From the NCBI GenBank assembly GCA_900617105.1, contig UYFQ01000006.1, positions 744,001-808,000 on the forward strand: a stretch of 64,000 nucleotides of DNA. Direction: 5' to 3'. Below, one piece after another: positions 1 through 9,905 of this stretch (within the stretch, counting starts at the first letter, position 1; each line of letters begins with the position of its first letter). The notes under the pieces are model-generated. The model did no database searches. It was not told the origin of the DNA and worked only from the letters and a program-made list of their open reading frames with translations. Source of the DNA: Hydrurus foetidus. Taxonomy: Eukaryota. Both the position numbers and the translations under genes were made by a program.

Positions 1-2
1 AT

Positions 3-395
3 GCCCAGCATCAAAAACTCAACCCACTGCCCGGCCCCACCGTTTTGACGCATTACCGTGCTTTTGGCATTGACCCGGCGCAGCGCCAAGCCTTGTTTGA
101 CCAGCCTTGGACACATTGGCGCGACACGGTGCTGGCCGATTTGTCTGTCCCTCATACCGATTTGCCTGCGCTCACGACCCGCATCGACATCGTGCGCTAC
201 GGCCATGCGATGGCTGTGCCGCTGCCAGGGGTACGCAGCAGCGCGGCGCTGGCAGCTTTGTCGGCATGGCGCGGGAAGGGTGGGCAGCAGGGCGCGGCCA
301 GTCGCTTGCACTTCGCCCACAGCGATTTATCGGGCTATTCGATCTTTGAAGAAGCCTTCTCCCATGGCCACCGGGCGGGTTTGTTTGTCGTATGA
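3..395 (+). CDS. C-terminal part of an NAD(P)/FAD-dependent oxidoreductase (amine-oxidase-like), truncated by window start
   Basis: Frame open from nt 3; RYGHAM and HSDLSGYSIFEEA motifs typical of this family's C-terminus. Confidence 0.6.
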   Translation, partial: AQHQKLNPLPGPTVLTHYRAFGIDPAQRQALFDQPWTHWRDTVLADLSVPHTDLPALTTRIDIVRYGHAMAVPLPGVRSSAALAALSAWRGKGGQQGAASRLHFAHSDLSGYSIFEEAFSHGHRAGLFVV

Positions 396-468
396 ATACA
401 CCACCCTGACAAGGGTTTGCACTTTGCAGTAGGCTTGGGTTAGAAATTGAAAGACCCAAGGAGGCCTG

Positions 469-2154
469 ATGAACGTCCCTTCAGAAGAAGAGCAGCGCTA
501 CCGCAGCATGTTTGAGAATTCCGTCATCGGCATGTTCCAAATGTCCGCTAGCGGCCACTACCTCGCCGCCAACAGCGCGTTGGCGGTGCTGTACGGCGAT
601 GCAGCGTCTGGTGTGTCATTGGTGGGTCAGCACAAAGACACCACGCGACGCTATGCAGACCCCCAGCGGCAAGACACCTTCATGCGGCTGATCACGCAGC
701 AAGGCCGCGTCACTGATTTTGAATCTGAGGTGGTGTGCTGTAATGGTTTGCACCTGTGGATCGTTGAAAACGCCCATGCCGTGTTCAACCCCGACGGTAG
801 CCTGTGCTACTACGCTGGCACGGTTGAAAACATCACCCAGCGCCGTCAGCACCAAGCCCAGTTGGAATACCAAGCGACCCACGATGCCCTGACAGGCCTG
901 CCCAACCGTGCTTTGCTGAAAGACTGTTTCAACCAAGCCATGCTGGAAGCCCGGCGCAGCGGCAGCAAAGTGGCAGTGGCGTTCATTGACCTGGACAATT
1001 TCAAACTCGTTAACGACAGCCTGGGCCATGCCTTTGGTGACCGCCTGCTGGTGGAAATCGCCAACCGCCTGCGCAGCTGCCTGCAGGGGGCTGATGCCGT
1101 GGTTCGCTACGGGGGCGATGAATTCGTGCTGATTTTGTGCGAACACGCCAAGTTGAGCGACCTGGCGCTGGCGTTCAAGCGCGTCCATAACACCGTCAGC
1201 GCACCCTTGACCCAAGACGGCCATGCCCTGCGCCTAGCGTGCAGCATTGGCATCAGCGTGTACCCGGACGATGCCAGCGACCTCGAAACCCTGCTGCGCT
1301 ATGCGGATGCCGCCATGCACAACGCCAAAGCGCAAGATAAAGGGCACTTTCAGTTCTACACCGTCACCCTCAATGCCGTGGCCCATGAGCGGCTGGCGAT
1401 GGAAGAGGCCCTGCGTCGCGCCGTGGACAATGACGAGTTGTTTGTGGTCTACCAGCCCAAAGTCGGCGCACATGGCGAGGTCTGCGGTTTTGAAGCGCTG
1501 GTGCGCTGGATCATCCCTGGTGTTGGCCATGTTTCCCCCGTCAAATTCATACCTCTGGCTGAAGAAACCGGACTGATTTTGCCCATCACCGATTTCGTAT
1601 TGCGTGCGGCCTGCACCGAGGCGGCCACCTGGGTAGCGCGAGGGTTTGGCCCGCTCAACGTGGCCGTCAACCTGTCACCCCGGTTGTTCCGCGATGCTGA
1701 TCTCGCCGCCTACATTGCCTTGGTGCTGATGGAAACCGACCTGCCTGCGACGCAACTGGAGCTGGAGATCACCGAAAGCCTGCTGATGGGCGACATTGAG
1801 CGCACCGTGGTGGTGCTGGGGGAGCTGAAAGCGCTGGGCGCACGCATCGCGATTGATGATTTCGGCACAGGCTACTCGTCGCTGGCCTACTTGAAACGAT
1901 TTCCGCTGGATATTCTCAAAATCGACCGCGCGTTTGTGATGGAATGCGAACTTAGCGCCGATGGCATGGCCATCCCCCGCGCCATCATCTCGCTGGGCCA
2001 CAGCCTGGGCTTGACCCTTGTCGCTGAAGGGGTTGAAAACGAAGCGCAACTTGCGTTGCTGGTCGCGCACGGTTGCGAGGAAATTCAAGGCTATTTGATT
2101 GCCAAGCCGCTGTCGGTGGCGGATGCCGACGTTTTTTTGTGCAGCCGCTTCTGA
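469..2154 (+). CDS. PAS-GGDEF-EAL diguanylate cyclase/phosphodiesterase
   Basis: PAS/PAC region, HDALTGLPNR, YGGDEF, FEALVRW, IDDFGTGYSSL, AEGVE motifs. Confidence 0.95.
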   Translation: MNVPSEEEQRYRSMFENSVIGMFQMSASGHYLAANSALAVLYGDAASGVSLVGQHKDTTRRYADPQRQDTFMRLITQQGRVTDFESEVVCCNGLHLWIVENAHAVFNPDGSLCYYAGTVENITQRRQHQAQLEYQATHDALTGLPNRALLKDCFNQAMLEARRSGSKVAVAFIDLDNFKLVNDSLGHAFGDRLLVEIANRLRSCLQGADAVVRYGGDEFVLILCEHAKLSDLALAFKRVHNTVSAPLTQDGHALRLACSIGISVYPDDASDLETLLRYADAAMHNAKAQDKGHFQFYTVTLNAVAHERLAMEEALRRAVDNDELFVVYQPKVGAHGEVCGFEALVRWIIPGVGHVSPVKFIPLAEETGLILPITDFVLRAACTEAATWVARGFGPLNVAVNLSPRLFRDADLAAYIALVLMETDLPATQLELEITESLLMGDIERTVVVLGELKALGARIAIDDFGTGYSSLAYLKRFPLDILKIDRAFVMECELSADGMAIPRAIISLGHSLGLTLVAEGVENEAQLALLVAHGCEEIQGYLIAKPLSVADADVFLCSRF

Positions 2155-2185
2155 ACGTAGCCGCGTGACGCTGGGGACAGCGGCG

Positions 2186-2203
2186 CTGCCACCGCACTGT
2201 CAC
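2186..2203 (+). promoter_or_regulatory. Pho-box-like direct repeat
   Basis: CTGCCAC-CGCA-CTGTCAC, 11-bp periodicity, about 50 bp upstream of a phytase-like esterase. Confidence 0.45.
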
Positions 2204-2251
2204 ATTACCCGCGCACAGTTCGAGCCTTGTTTGTTTTACAAGGCTGACACC

Positions 2252-3628
2252 ATGCCCACACGACCTATGCGTTCCCTGCGTACTTTTTCTTTGACGGCTC
2301 TGGCATTGCTTGCGCTGACGGTACCCGTCCGCACTGTCCTGGCGCAACAGGCTTTCCCCGCCACCTTGTCAGGTCATGCTGTGCTGCCCGCCCAGTCGTT
2401 CCTTGCCACACCCGATGACGCGCCTGCTGATCTGCGCGTCAGTGGTAAATTCACCACGGGTGTGCGGGTGGATACGCTGCTGTCGATTGAAGGCACCTCT
2501 GCTGGGCGTCCTACAGGCGTGTTGTTGCCTTTCAAAGGGCAGCCCGCCCAAGGCCATTCGGGTATCAAGAAAATGGCCGATGGCAGCTTCTGGATACTGA
2601 CTGACAACGGTTTCGGCGCCAAGGCCAATTCACCTGACAGCATGCTCTACTTGAACCACTACAAGGTGGACTTCAAAGCGGGCAGCTTCCAGCGCATCGC
2701 CACTGTGTTTTTGCACGATCCAGATAAAAAAGTCCCTTTCCGTATCGTTCATGAAGGCACGGCGCAACGCTACCTTACCGGTTCAGACTTTGACACCGAA
2801 AGCTTCCAGTTTGCAGGCGGATCCCTTTGGATTGGTGACGAGTTGGGTCCCTACCTCATCAAAGCCGACATGCATGGCAAGGTGCAGGCTGTGTTTGAAA
2901 CCCTGGTCGATGGCAAAGTCGTGCGTTCTCCTGATCACCCCGCCATCACCACGCCCGGTACGCCAGACGGTACCGTCGCCTTCCAGGTGCGCCGCTCCAA
3001 AGGCTTTGAGGGCATGGCCGCTTCCAAAGACGGCTCCAAACTTTATGCGTTGCTAGAAGGGGCGCTGTGGGACAGCAGTACCAAAACCTATGAATCCCAT
3101 GACGGCAAGCCCTACCTGCGCGTGTTGGAGTTTGATGTAAAGAGCGAAAAATGGACTGGCCGCCATTGGAAATACCCCCTGGAAGCCGCCACCCATGCCA
3201 TTGGCGATTTCAACATGATGGATGGCAGCATGGGCCTCATCATTGAGCGCGACAACGGCGAGGGCACCGCCGACAAAGCCTGCCCCGAAGGCCAAAAGCG
3301 CGAAGACTGCTTCCATGATCTGGCCAAATTTAAACGGGTCTACAAAATCGAGATGACCGATGCCAACGTCGGTGGTCTGGTGCGCAAGATAGGTTACATC
3401 GACCTGATGAGCATCGCTGACCCGCACAAGCTGGCCCGCAAGCCATTGAACAATGGTGTGTTGACCTTTCCGTTTTTCACGATCGAAAACGTGGATGTGG
3501 TGGACGATAAACACATCGTGGTGGGAAACGACAACAACCTGCCGTTTTCCAGCAGCCGTGAGCCGAACAAGGCGGACGACAACGAACTGGTGCTGCTTGA
3601 GGTGGAAGCGTTCCTCAAGGCCAGGTGA
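2252..3628 (+). CDS. Secreted esterase-like activity of phytase family protein
   Basis: Signal peptide, LTDNGFG, DTES, GDELGP, GFEGMA, VGNDNNLP motifs; start may be 2252 or 2267. Confidence 0.85.
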   Translation: MPTRPMRSLRTFSLTALALLALTVPVRTVLAQQAFPATLSGHAVLPAQSFLATPDDAPADLRVSGKFTTGVRVDTLLSIEGTSAGRPTGVLLPFKGQPAQGHSGIKKMADGSFWILTDNGFGAKANSPDSMLYLNHYKVDFKAGSFQRIATVFLHDPDKKVPFRIVHEGTAQRYLTGSDFDTESFQFAGGSLWIGDELGPYLIKADMHGKVQAVFETLVDGKVVRSPDHPAITTPGTPDGTVAFQVRRSKGFEGMAASKDGSKLYALLEGALWDSSTKTYESHDGKPYLRVLEFDVKSEKWTGRHWKYPLEAATHAIGDFNMMDGSMGLIIERDNGEGTADKACPEGQKREDCFHDLAKFKRVYKIEMTDANVGGLVRKIGYIDLMSIADPHKLARKPLNNGVLTFPFFTIENVDVVDDKHIVVGNDNNLPFSSSREPNKADDNELVLLEVEAFLKAR

Positions 3629-3653
3629 ACGCTGAGACCCTGCGCTGTAAAGA

Positions 3654-4253
3654 TCAGCGCAGGTGCTTGAGTCGTTTTGCCGAAAATGCATCAGGCACGC
3701 TCAAGGCCCGTCGCCCTGGTTCCAGCGTGAAACCCTGACCGGCCTCTACCGTCCCCGGTACGTCCACCGCCAGATAAAACCCGCAGAACCCTTGGCGTAC
3801 CATGTCCCGTGCGGCTTGGTCGTAGCCCATCATCGCGTTGAATTTAAAGCAAGGCTGGCGGGGTTCGGTGATACGCAGTACGCAATGGGGGAAGTGCAGC
3901 GTATCGCCAATCCACACGTCGATCTCCACAAGCCCAGCCAGCGTCAGGTTTTCGCCCATGAAGCCAGATGGCAGGGCTTCGTCAAACAGACTGACACCCT
4001 GCTCAAGACGGCGTGCTTGCCAGTAAGCGTAATGCTCGCTGGGATAGGCGTACACCGCCTTGCTGAGGCCGCCATGCACACTCAAATCCGCCTGTTCATC
4101 GCCAGCCAAACCTAAACGGTTAACAGAGGCAGCACCGGCAACCGCCAGTTTGCCAATGCCAGAGAGTATGCGGCGACCGCCAATGAGCAGTGGGCGGGCA
4201 ATACCGATGTTGACGTGCAGGGCAGAGTACGGATTAGCGGTCATGGTGTGCAT
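3654..4253 (-). CDS. MOSC domain protein (YiiM-like)
   Basis: GDEQADLSVHGG, GENLT, PRQPCFKF motifs; TGATG overlap with the pepP stop. Confidence 0.9.
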   Translation of the reverse strand: MHTMTANPYSALHVNIGIARPLLIGGRRILSGIGKLAVAGAASVNRLGLAGDEQADLSVHGGLSKAVYAYPSEHYAYWQARRLEQGVSLFDEALPSGFMGENLTLAGLVEIDVWIGDTLHFPHCVLRITEPRQPCFKFNAMMGYDQAARDMVRQGFCGFYLAVDVPGTVEAGQGFTLEPGRRALSVPDAFSAKRLKHLR

Positions 4254-5650
4254 CACCCCCGCATCACGGATTCAATTTCCGCTGCCGCCACCGGAACGCC
4301 CCGGCTGATCAACTCACACCCCGTCGCCGTCACGATGGCATCGTCTTCGATCCGGATGCCAATGTTGTAGAACTTCTCGGGCACGCCCGGCGCGGGGCGC
4401 ACGTATAACCCCGGCTCTATCGTCAGTACCATCCCCGCACGCAGGATGCGGCTGGGGCGGCTTTGGATGAGTTCGTTGCTGAGCGGGTCGCGGCGCTCGG
4501 TGGCGTTGCCGACTTCGCTGGGTTCGTTGTAGCCGCCGCAGTCGTGGACGTCCATGCCCAGCCAGTGGCCGGTGCGGTGCATGTAGAACTGAAAATAAGC
4601 GCGTTTGTCGATCACGTCTTGCGCGTTGCCGACCAGGTTCGCGTCCAGCAAACCCACGTCCAGCAGCCCTTGGGCCAGCACAGCCACAGTGGCTTCATGC
4701 GGGTCGGTGAAGCGGGCACCGGCAAAAGTGGCCGCAATCGCAGCCTCTTGGGATGCATGAACCAGGTCGTACAGCGCCCGCTGCGGGCCGGTGAATATGC
4801 CGTTCGCGGGGAAAGTACGGGTGATGTCGCTGGCGTAACCGTCCAGCTCGCAACCGGCGTCAATCAGCACCAGCTCGCCACTGCGGATGGGTGCTGCATC
4901 GGCGCGGTAGTGCAGCACGCAGGCGTTGGCCCCGGCGGCGACGATGGAGCCGTAGGCCGGGTACTGCGAGCCGTGCTGGCGGAATTCGTGCAGCAGCTCC
5001 GCGTCCAGGTGGTACTCGCGCACGTCTTCTCCGGCACGCAACATGCGGGCGCAGCGCTGCATGGCGCGGATGTGGGCACCGGCGCTGATTTGCGCAGCAC
5101 GGCGCATGGTGGCTTGCTCTTGCTCGTCTTTGACGAGGCGCATTTCGTCCAACACGCCGCACAGGTCACGCTGCACCTCGGGGCACAGCGCACCGTAGCG
5201 CACGCGGGCGCGCACTTGGGTCAACCAGCATTCGATCTGGCCTTCCAAGCCTTGGTGGGTGGCAAAGGGATACCAGACGTTGGCCTTGTTTTCCAGCAGC
5301 TTGGGCACCTGCGTATCCAGTTCTGCTATGGAATACGCAGCATCTACTTCAAGCACAGCAGGCGCTGCCTCGGGGCCAAGGCGGATACCGTCCCAGATTT
5401 CACGCTCTACGTCTTTGGGCTGGCAAAACACGGTAGCGCGGCCATCGCTGGTGACGATCAGCGCCGCGCTGGGTTCGGTGAAGCCGGTCAGGTAGTAGAA
5501 ATAACTGTCGTGCCGGTACAAAAAATCGCTGTCGCGGTTGCGCTGGCGCTCAGGCGCGGTCGGGATGATGGCGATGCCATCACGGCCAAGAAGGGCAGCC
5601 AGGTGGGCGCGGCGTTGGGCGTAGGGGGCATGAGGGGCTGGGGTGTTCAT
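4253..5650 (-). CDS. pepP: Xaa-Pro aminopeptidase
   Basis: LIDAGCELDGYASDITRT, HWLGMDVHD, TIEPGLY, GIRIEDD (M24B metal ligands). Confidence 0.93.
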   Translation of the reverse strand: MNTPAPHAPYAQRRAHLAALLGRDGIAIIPTAPERQRNRDSDFLYRHDSYFYYLTGFTEPSAALIVTSDGRATVFCQPKDVEREIWDGIRLGPEAAPAVLEVDAAYSIAELDTQVPKLLENKANVWYPFATHQGLEGQIECWLTQVRARVRYGALCPEVQRDLCGVLDEMRLVKDEQEQATMRRAAQISAGAHIRAMQRCARMLRAGEDVREYHLDAELLHEFRQHGSQYPAYGSIVAAGANACVLHYRADAAPIRSGELVLIDAGCELDGYASDITRTFPANGIFTGPQRALYDLVHASQEAAIAATFAGARFTDPHEATVAVLAQGLLDVGLLDANLVGNAQDVIDKRAYFQFYMHRTGHWLGMDVHDCGGYNEPSEVGNATERRDPLSNELIQSRPSRILRAGMVLTIEPGLYVRPAPGVPEKFYNIGIRIEDDAIVTATGCELISRGVPVAAAEIESVMRG

Positions 5651-5770
5651 GAGGCTATTTTGCGGCATTTGTCAGGCAAATTGTCCCGAGAACTTCACCG
5701 TATAGTCACCTTTCTCCTCTTCAGTGGCGTGCCACCCGCATGTCACGTCGAACATCCTCCGAGAATGCTC

Positions 5771-7051
5771 ATGGAAAACACCATCACTGCCGCCTATGCC
5801 CCATCCACCCGCCTGTACGCGCTGGACAATTTGCGTGCCCTGATGATGTGGCTGGGTATCGTGCTGCATGTGGCGGTGATTTACACCGTTCAACCTTTGC
5901 CGAACATTCCCTGGCACGACAGGCAAAGCACGCCGCTGGCCGACTTTTTCTTGGGCCTGATCCACACCTTTCGGATGCCAGTGTTCTTCATTTTGGCCGG
6001 TTTTTTTATTGCTCTGATGGTACAAAAAAGGGGTGCCAAGCAGATGCTGAAAAACCGACTTCAGCGCTTGGGATTGCCGTTTGTGGTGTTTTGGCTGCCT
6101 GTTTTCGTCGCCATGGTCGTTTTTTTGCTGCTGTTTGCGCACCTCATGGTGCGCGGCACCTGGGGTCTTGATCTCAGTTTGCTGCCCACGGGGGCGCATG
6201 TACCTACCGGGCCAAGCACCATGCACCTGTGGTTTTTGTGGATGTTGATCTGTTTCAGTGTGCTGACGGCGGGTGTTCACTGGTTGATGCCGCACCTGCC
6301 AAGCGCTGTGACCGTCGCTGTGGCAAGACCCGTTGCTCAATTTTTTGCTCGTCTGGGCGGCGCTTGGTGGGGATTTTTTGTGCTGGCACTGCCGCTGGCG
6401 TGGGTGGGGTCTTTTTATGACCAAGGCCTGCTTGCGCCCAGCGGTTCTTTTTTGCCACCTCTTGCGGAATGGGTGCATAACGGCCTGTTTTACGTGTTCG
6501 GTTGGTATTTGCATGGGCATCAGCAAACGCTCTTTGAACGCTACACCCGGCGTTGGCCGATGTACGCAGCGGCAGGATTGGTGTTCTTTGCGATCGCGGT
6601 GCTGCTGCTGGCACGCTTGGAGCGCCCCGATGCCGCCACCCTGCACCTGCCCTGGTGGATTGCTTTGGCCTACAACTGTGCCTCCTGGCTCTGGAGTTTT
6701 GCGCTAGTCGGTGTGTTTTTGTGCTACCTGGGCCGCCCTCATCCGGTTTTGGGCTATCTGGCGGAAAGCTCGTACTGGGTGTACATCGTCCACATGCCGC
6801 TGACCATCGGGTTTGGTGCCGTGTTGTACAGCGTGGCGCTGCCAGCGCTGGCCAAGATGGGCTTGAACGTGCTGGCCACCACGGTGGTGTGTTTGGTGAG
6901 TTACCAGCTGTTCGTGCGCTACACCGGTGTCGGTGCTTTGCTGAATGGCCGCCGCGCGGTGCGTGTTAAAAATAAGTCGCTACTGGATGCTTCTCATAGA
7001 CTGACACCTTCTCAAGGTACGCACGTCACTGTTGACGAGATGAACCTGTAA
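5771..7051 (+). CDS. Acyltransferase family 3 membrane protein (OpgC/MdoC-like)
   Basis: DNLRA..LGIVLH, FRMPVFF, HLWFL, SYWVYIVH motifs; multiple TM helices. The longer ORF from 4463 is a pepP antisense shadow. Confidence 0.85.
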   Translation: MENTITAAYAPSTRLYALDNLRALMMWLGIVLHVAVIYTVQPLPNIPWHDRQSTPLADFFLGLIHTFRMPVFFILAGFFIALMVQKRGAKQMLKNRLQRLGLPFVVFWLPVFVAMVVFLLLFAHLMVRGTWGLDLSLLPTGAHVPTGPSTMHLWFLWMLICFSVLTAGVHWLMPHLPSAVTVAVARPVAQFFARLGGAWWGFFVLALPLAWVGSFYDQGLLAPSGSFLPPLAEWVHNGLFYVFGWYLHGHQQTLFERYTRRWPMYAAAGLVFFAIAVLLLARLERPDAATLHLPWWIALAYNCASWLWSFALVGVFLCYLGRPHPVLGYLAESSYWVYIVHMPLTIGFGAVLYSVALPALAKMGLNVLATTVVCLVSYQLFVRYTGVGALLNGRRAVRVKNKSLLDASHRLTPSQGTHVTVDEMNL

Positions 7052-7055
7052 CTTT

Positions 7056-8348
7056 TCACCCCAAACAATCCGCCCAGATATTCTTCGCCCAGTCCAGCGC
7101 ATACACACCCTCTAATTCACTCGCAGCTGCCGATACACCGGCGGTACCAGCTATCACTTTGTAAGTCTTTTCCGCCTCTGCATAGGCGTGGACAGACGCC
7201 ACATGCACCACCCGTGTGTCGCTGAGGAAGCTGTAGCAGGTGTTCATCAGCAGTGGGTTCGCATTCACCTCCAGGCCCAGCAGTTGGGCGACCACGGCGG
7301 CGGCGGTGACTTTGGCGTGGTTGTTTGCCATGTGGCCGGATTTGGGCATGGCGGGGGCGATTTGGATAGCGTCGCCTATCACATGCACGTCTTTGGCTGC
7401 GGTGGACTCGAAGGTTTGGTAATTGACATGGCACCAGCGTGCGTTGGCGTTGGCGAGGCCAGACTGTACGGCGATGCGGCCTGCGCTCATGGCAGGTAGC
7501 ACGTTCAGCACGCTGGCTTTCACGTCGTCTTGCACGTCGAATTTGACGGTGTTCGTGGGGGCATCCACGGCCACGGCGTTGTGCTGGGGGCGGTATTCGA
7601 CGATGCCTTTGTAATCCTCAGCCCAGGCTTTTTTGAACAAGGCGGGCTTGGAGGTCACGTCCGGGTTCGCGTCCAGGATCAGCACTTTAGAGCGGGGCTT
7701 GGCCTTTTTGAAGTAGCTGGCGACTTGGCAGGCCCGCTCGTAGGGGCCGGGTGGGCAGCGGTAGGGGGCTTCGGGGATCGTCAGCGCGTAGACACCGCCA
7801 TCGGGCATGGCTTCGAGTTGACGGCGCAAGGCCAGCGTTTCTGGCCCAGCCTTCCAGGCTTGCAGGATGCGGCCCGAGGCGTTCGCGGCTTGCAAACCTT
7901 CGACCGAATCCCACAACAGATCAATGCCGGGCGAGAGGATCAGCTTGTCGTAGGTCAGGGTGCTGCCGCCCGCGAGGGTGACGGTCTTTTTAGCCGCATC
8001 CAGCGCGGTCACGGTGCCCGGCACGATACGCACACCGTGCTTGCTGGCCAGGGTGTCGTAGGGCCGGGTGATGTCCGCCAGCGTCTTGGAGCCGCCCAGC
8101 ACGAGGTTGGAAAGCGGGCAAGAGACAAAGCGGGTGTTCGGCTCGATCAGCGTCACGTCGAGCCGGGCATCGGACAGCAAGCGCAGGTATTTCGCCGCCG
8201 TCGCCCCGCCGTAGCCACCACCGACGACGATCACTTTGGCTTTGCCGCCGCTGGACAGCGCATGAGGCGCGGCGCAACCTACCAAGCCCGCGAGTGAACT
8301 GGCACCTGCGAGGCCCAGTGAAGCTTGTACAAAATGGCGTCTTTGCAT
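7056..8348 (-). CDS. fccB: Flavocytochrome c sulfide dehydrogenase, flavoprotein subunit (FccB/SoxF-like)
   Basis: Tat signal MQRRHF, GGGYGG FAD motif, SCPLSN, CPPGPYER, NTCYS. Confidence 0.9.
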   Translation of the reverse strand: MQRRHFVQASLGLAGASSLAGLVGCAAPHALSSGGKAKVIVVGGGYGGATAAKYLRLLSDARLDVTLIEPNTRFVSCPLSNLVLGGSKTLADITRPYDTLASKHGVRIVPGTVTALDAAKKTVTLAGGSTLTYDKLILSPGIDLLWDSVEGLQAANASGRILQAWKAGPETLALRRQLEAMPDGGVYALTIPEAPYRCPPGPYERACQVASYFKKAKPRSKVLILDANPDVTSKPALFKKAWAEDYKGIVEYRPQHNAVAVDAPTNTVKFDVQDDVKASVLNVLPAMSAGRIAVQSGLANANARWCHVNYQTFESTAAKDVHVIGDAIQIAPAMPKSGHMANNHAKVTAAAVVAQLLGLEVNANPLLMNTCYSFLSDTRVVHVASVHAYAEAEKTYKVIAGTAGVSAAASELEGVYALDWAKNIWADCLG

Positions 8349-8398
8349 GGTGTTCTCCGTTTGCATCGCTGAAAGATAAGGTGAAATAGACGGTGGAT

Positions 8399-8728
8399 TT
8401 ACCGCTTCAAGGCTGCGAAATAGCTGGCAAGTTGGTCGATTTGGGTTTCGCTCAAACCTCGGGCGAGCTGCGGCATGATGGTGCCGGGGCGGCTGCCGTC
8501 TTTGAAAGCCTTGAGTTGTGCGACCAGCGTGGCCTGGGGCTGACCGGCCAGAGACGGCACAGACGCACCTTCGGCGCTGCGCCCGTCCGTGCCGTGGCAG
8601 TTGGCACAGGTGGCGGCCAGGGTGCGCTGGTGCAGGGCGGTGGACGCGGTTGTGGGGCTGCTTTGGGCGAAGGCGTGGCTGCTGAGCGCCAAGAGCAGTG
8701 CCGCTGTGAGGCTGAATGTGAATCGCAT
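8399..8728 (-). CDS. fccA: Monoheme cytochrome c subunit of sulfide dehydrogenase
   Basis: Signal peptide, single CANCH, TIMPQLA; directly upstream of fccB. Confidence 0.8.
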   Translation of the reverse strand: MRFTFSLTAALLLALSSHAFAQSSPTTASTALHQRTLAATCANCHGTDGRSAEGASVPSLAGQPQATLVAQLKAFKDGSRPGTIMPQLARGLSETQIDQLASYFAALKR

Positions 8729-8764
8729 GGTGTGAACTCCTGAGTGAACCTGAAAAGGCTGGGG

Positions 8765-9766
8765 TTAAACCGACAGCAAACTGCAAAAGCGGGCCATGTC
8801 CACATTCCCGCCGCTGAGGATGACACCTACCCGCTGGCCTTGCAACCGGTCTTTGTGCTTCAGCGCCGCCGCAAACCCCAGGCAGCCCGTCGGCTCGACG
8901 ATGATTTTCATGCGGCTGGCGAAAAACCGCATCGCTTCCACCAACTCGGCATCACTCACCGTCAGGATATCGTCCACATCGCGCTGGATGATCTCGAAGG
9001 TGTGGCGGCCCAGGTGCTGCGTTTGTGCCCCATCAGCGATGGTTTTGGGCGTGTCAATGTGGACGATGTGGCCCGCACGGAACGACTGCTGGCCGTCGTT
9101 ACCGGCCTCGGGCTCCACGCCGTAAAGCTGGGTTTGAAGCGACAGCGCCCGCGTGGAAAGCGCCGAACCCGAGAGCAAACCACCACCGCCCAGGCAGACG
9201 AACAGGGTGTCTAACTCACCAACCTCTTCAAACAATTCTTTCGCAGCGGTGCCTTGGCCCGCGATGACGTGCGGGTGGTCAAACGGCGGAATCATCGTCT
9301 GGCCCTGCTTCTCGGCGATGCCTTTGCAGATCGCCTCGCGGTCTTCGGTGTAGCGGTCAAACAGCACCACGCTGGCCCCATAGCCCCGCGTGGCGGCAAT
9401 CTTGGCAGCAGGCGCGTCTTGCGGCATCACGATGGTGGCAGGCATCCCCAGCAACTGCGCCGACAGCGCCACCCCCTGCGCATGGTTGCCGGATGAGAAC
9501 GCCACCACCCCCGCACGGCGCTGGTCAGCGTCAAAACACGACAGCGCGTTGAACGCCCCCCGGAATTTGAAAGCCCCCATGCGCTGCAAGTTCTCCGCCT
9601 TGAAGAACACCTGCGCCCCCAGCATCTCGTTCGCGGTGCGCGAGGTGAGCACCGGCGTGCGGGTGGCGTGCCCGGCGATACGCTGGGCGGCGGCGGTCAC
9701 GTCGGCGTAGGTGGGGGTGAACAGGTCTGAGGAACGGGAGGGGTGGGGGCTGGTCAGCGGGGTCAT
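8765..9766 (-). CDS. threo-3-hydroxy-L-aspartate ammonia-lyase / Ser-Thr dehydratase family
   Basis: GAFKFRGA PLP lysine, SSGNHAQ, GGGGL, SGGNVD. Confidence 0.88.
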   Translation of the reverse strand: MTPLTSPHPSRSSDLFTPTYADVTAAAQRIAGHATRTPVLTSRTANEMLGAQVFFKAENLQRMGAFKFRGAFNALSCFDADQRRAGVVAFSSGNHAQGVALSAQLLGMPATIVMPQDAPAAKIAATRGYGASVVLFDRYTEDREAICKGIAEKQGQTMIPPFDHPHVIAGQGTAAKELFEEVGELDTLFVCLGGGGLLSGSALSTRALSLQTQLYGVEPEAGNDGQQSFRAGHIVHIDTPKTIADGAQTQHLGRHTFEIIQRDVDDILTVSDAELVEAMRFFASRMKIIVEPTGCLGFAAALKHKDRLQGQRVGVILSGGNVDMARFCSLLSV

Positions 9767-9905
9767 GGGGTGGGCCTTTCGTTGCGTGTCGAGTTGCGCA
9801 AAGTTTAAAGGTACAGCGCACAGGCTGAGGGTGTCCGCCGTTGGCCGTTGTCACCACGAATATGGGGGCATCACTACAATGGTCGCCTACCTGCTGCCTT
9901 CCACC

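Noticed and set aside
4463..5770. 862-aa ORF seeming to fuse a long N-terminus to the acyltransferase
   Set aside because: The N-terminal part is the antisense shadow of pepP; family similarity begins only near 5771.
8349..8786. N-terminal extension of fccB (576-aa ORF)
   Set aside because: Overlaps fccA in another frame; the Tat signal starts at 8348.
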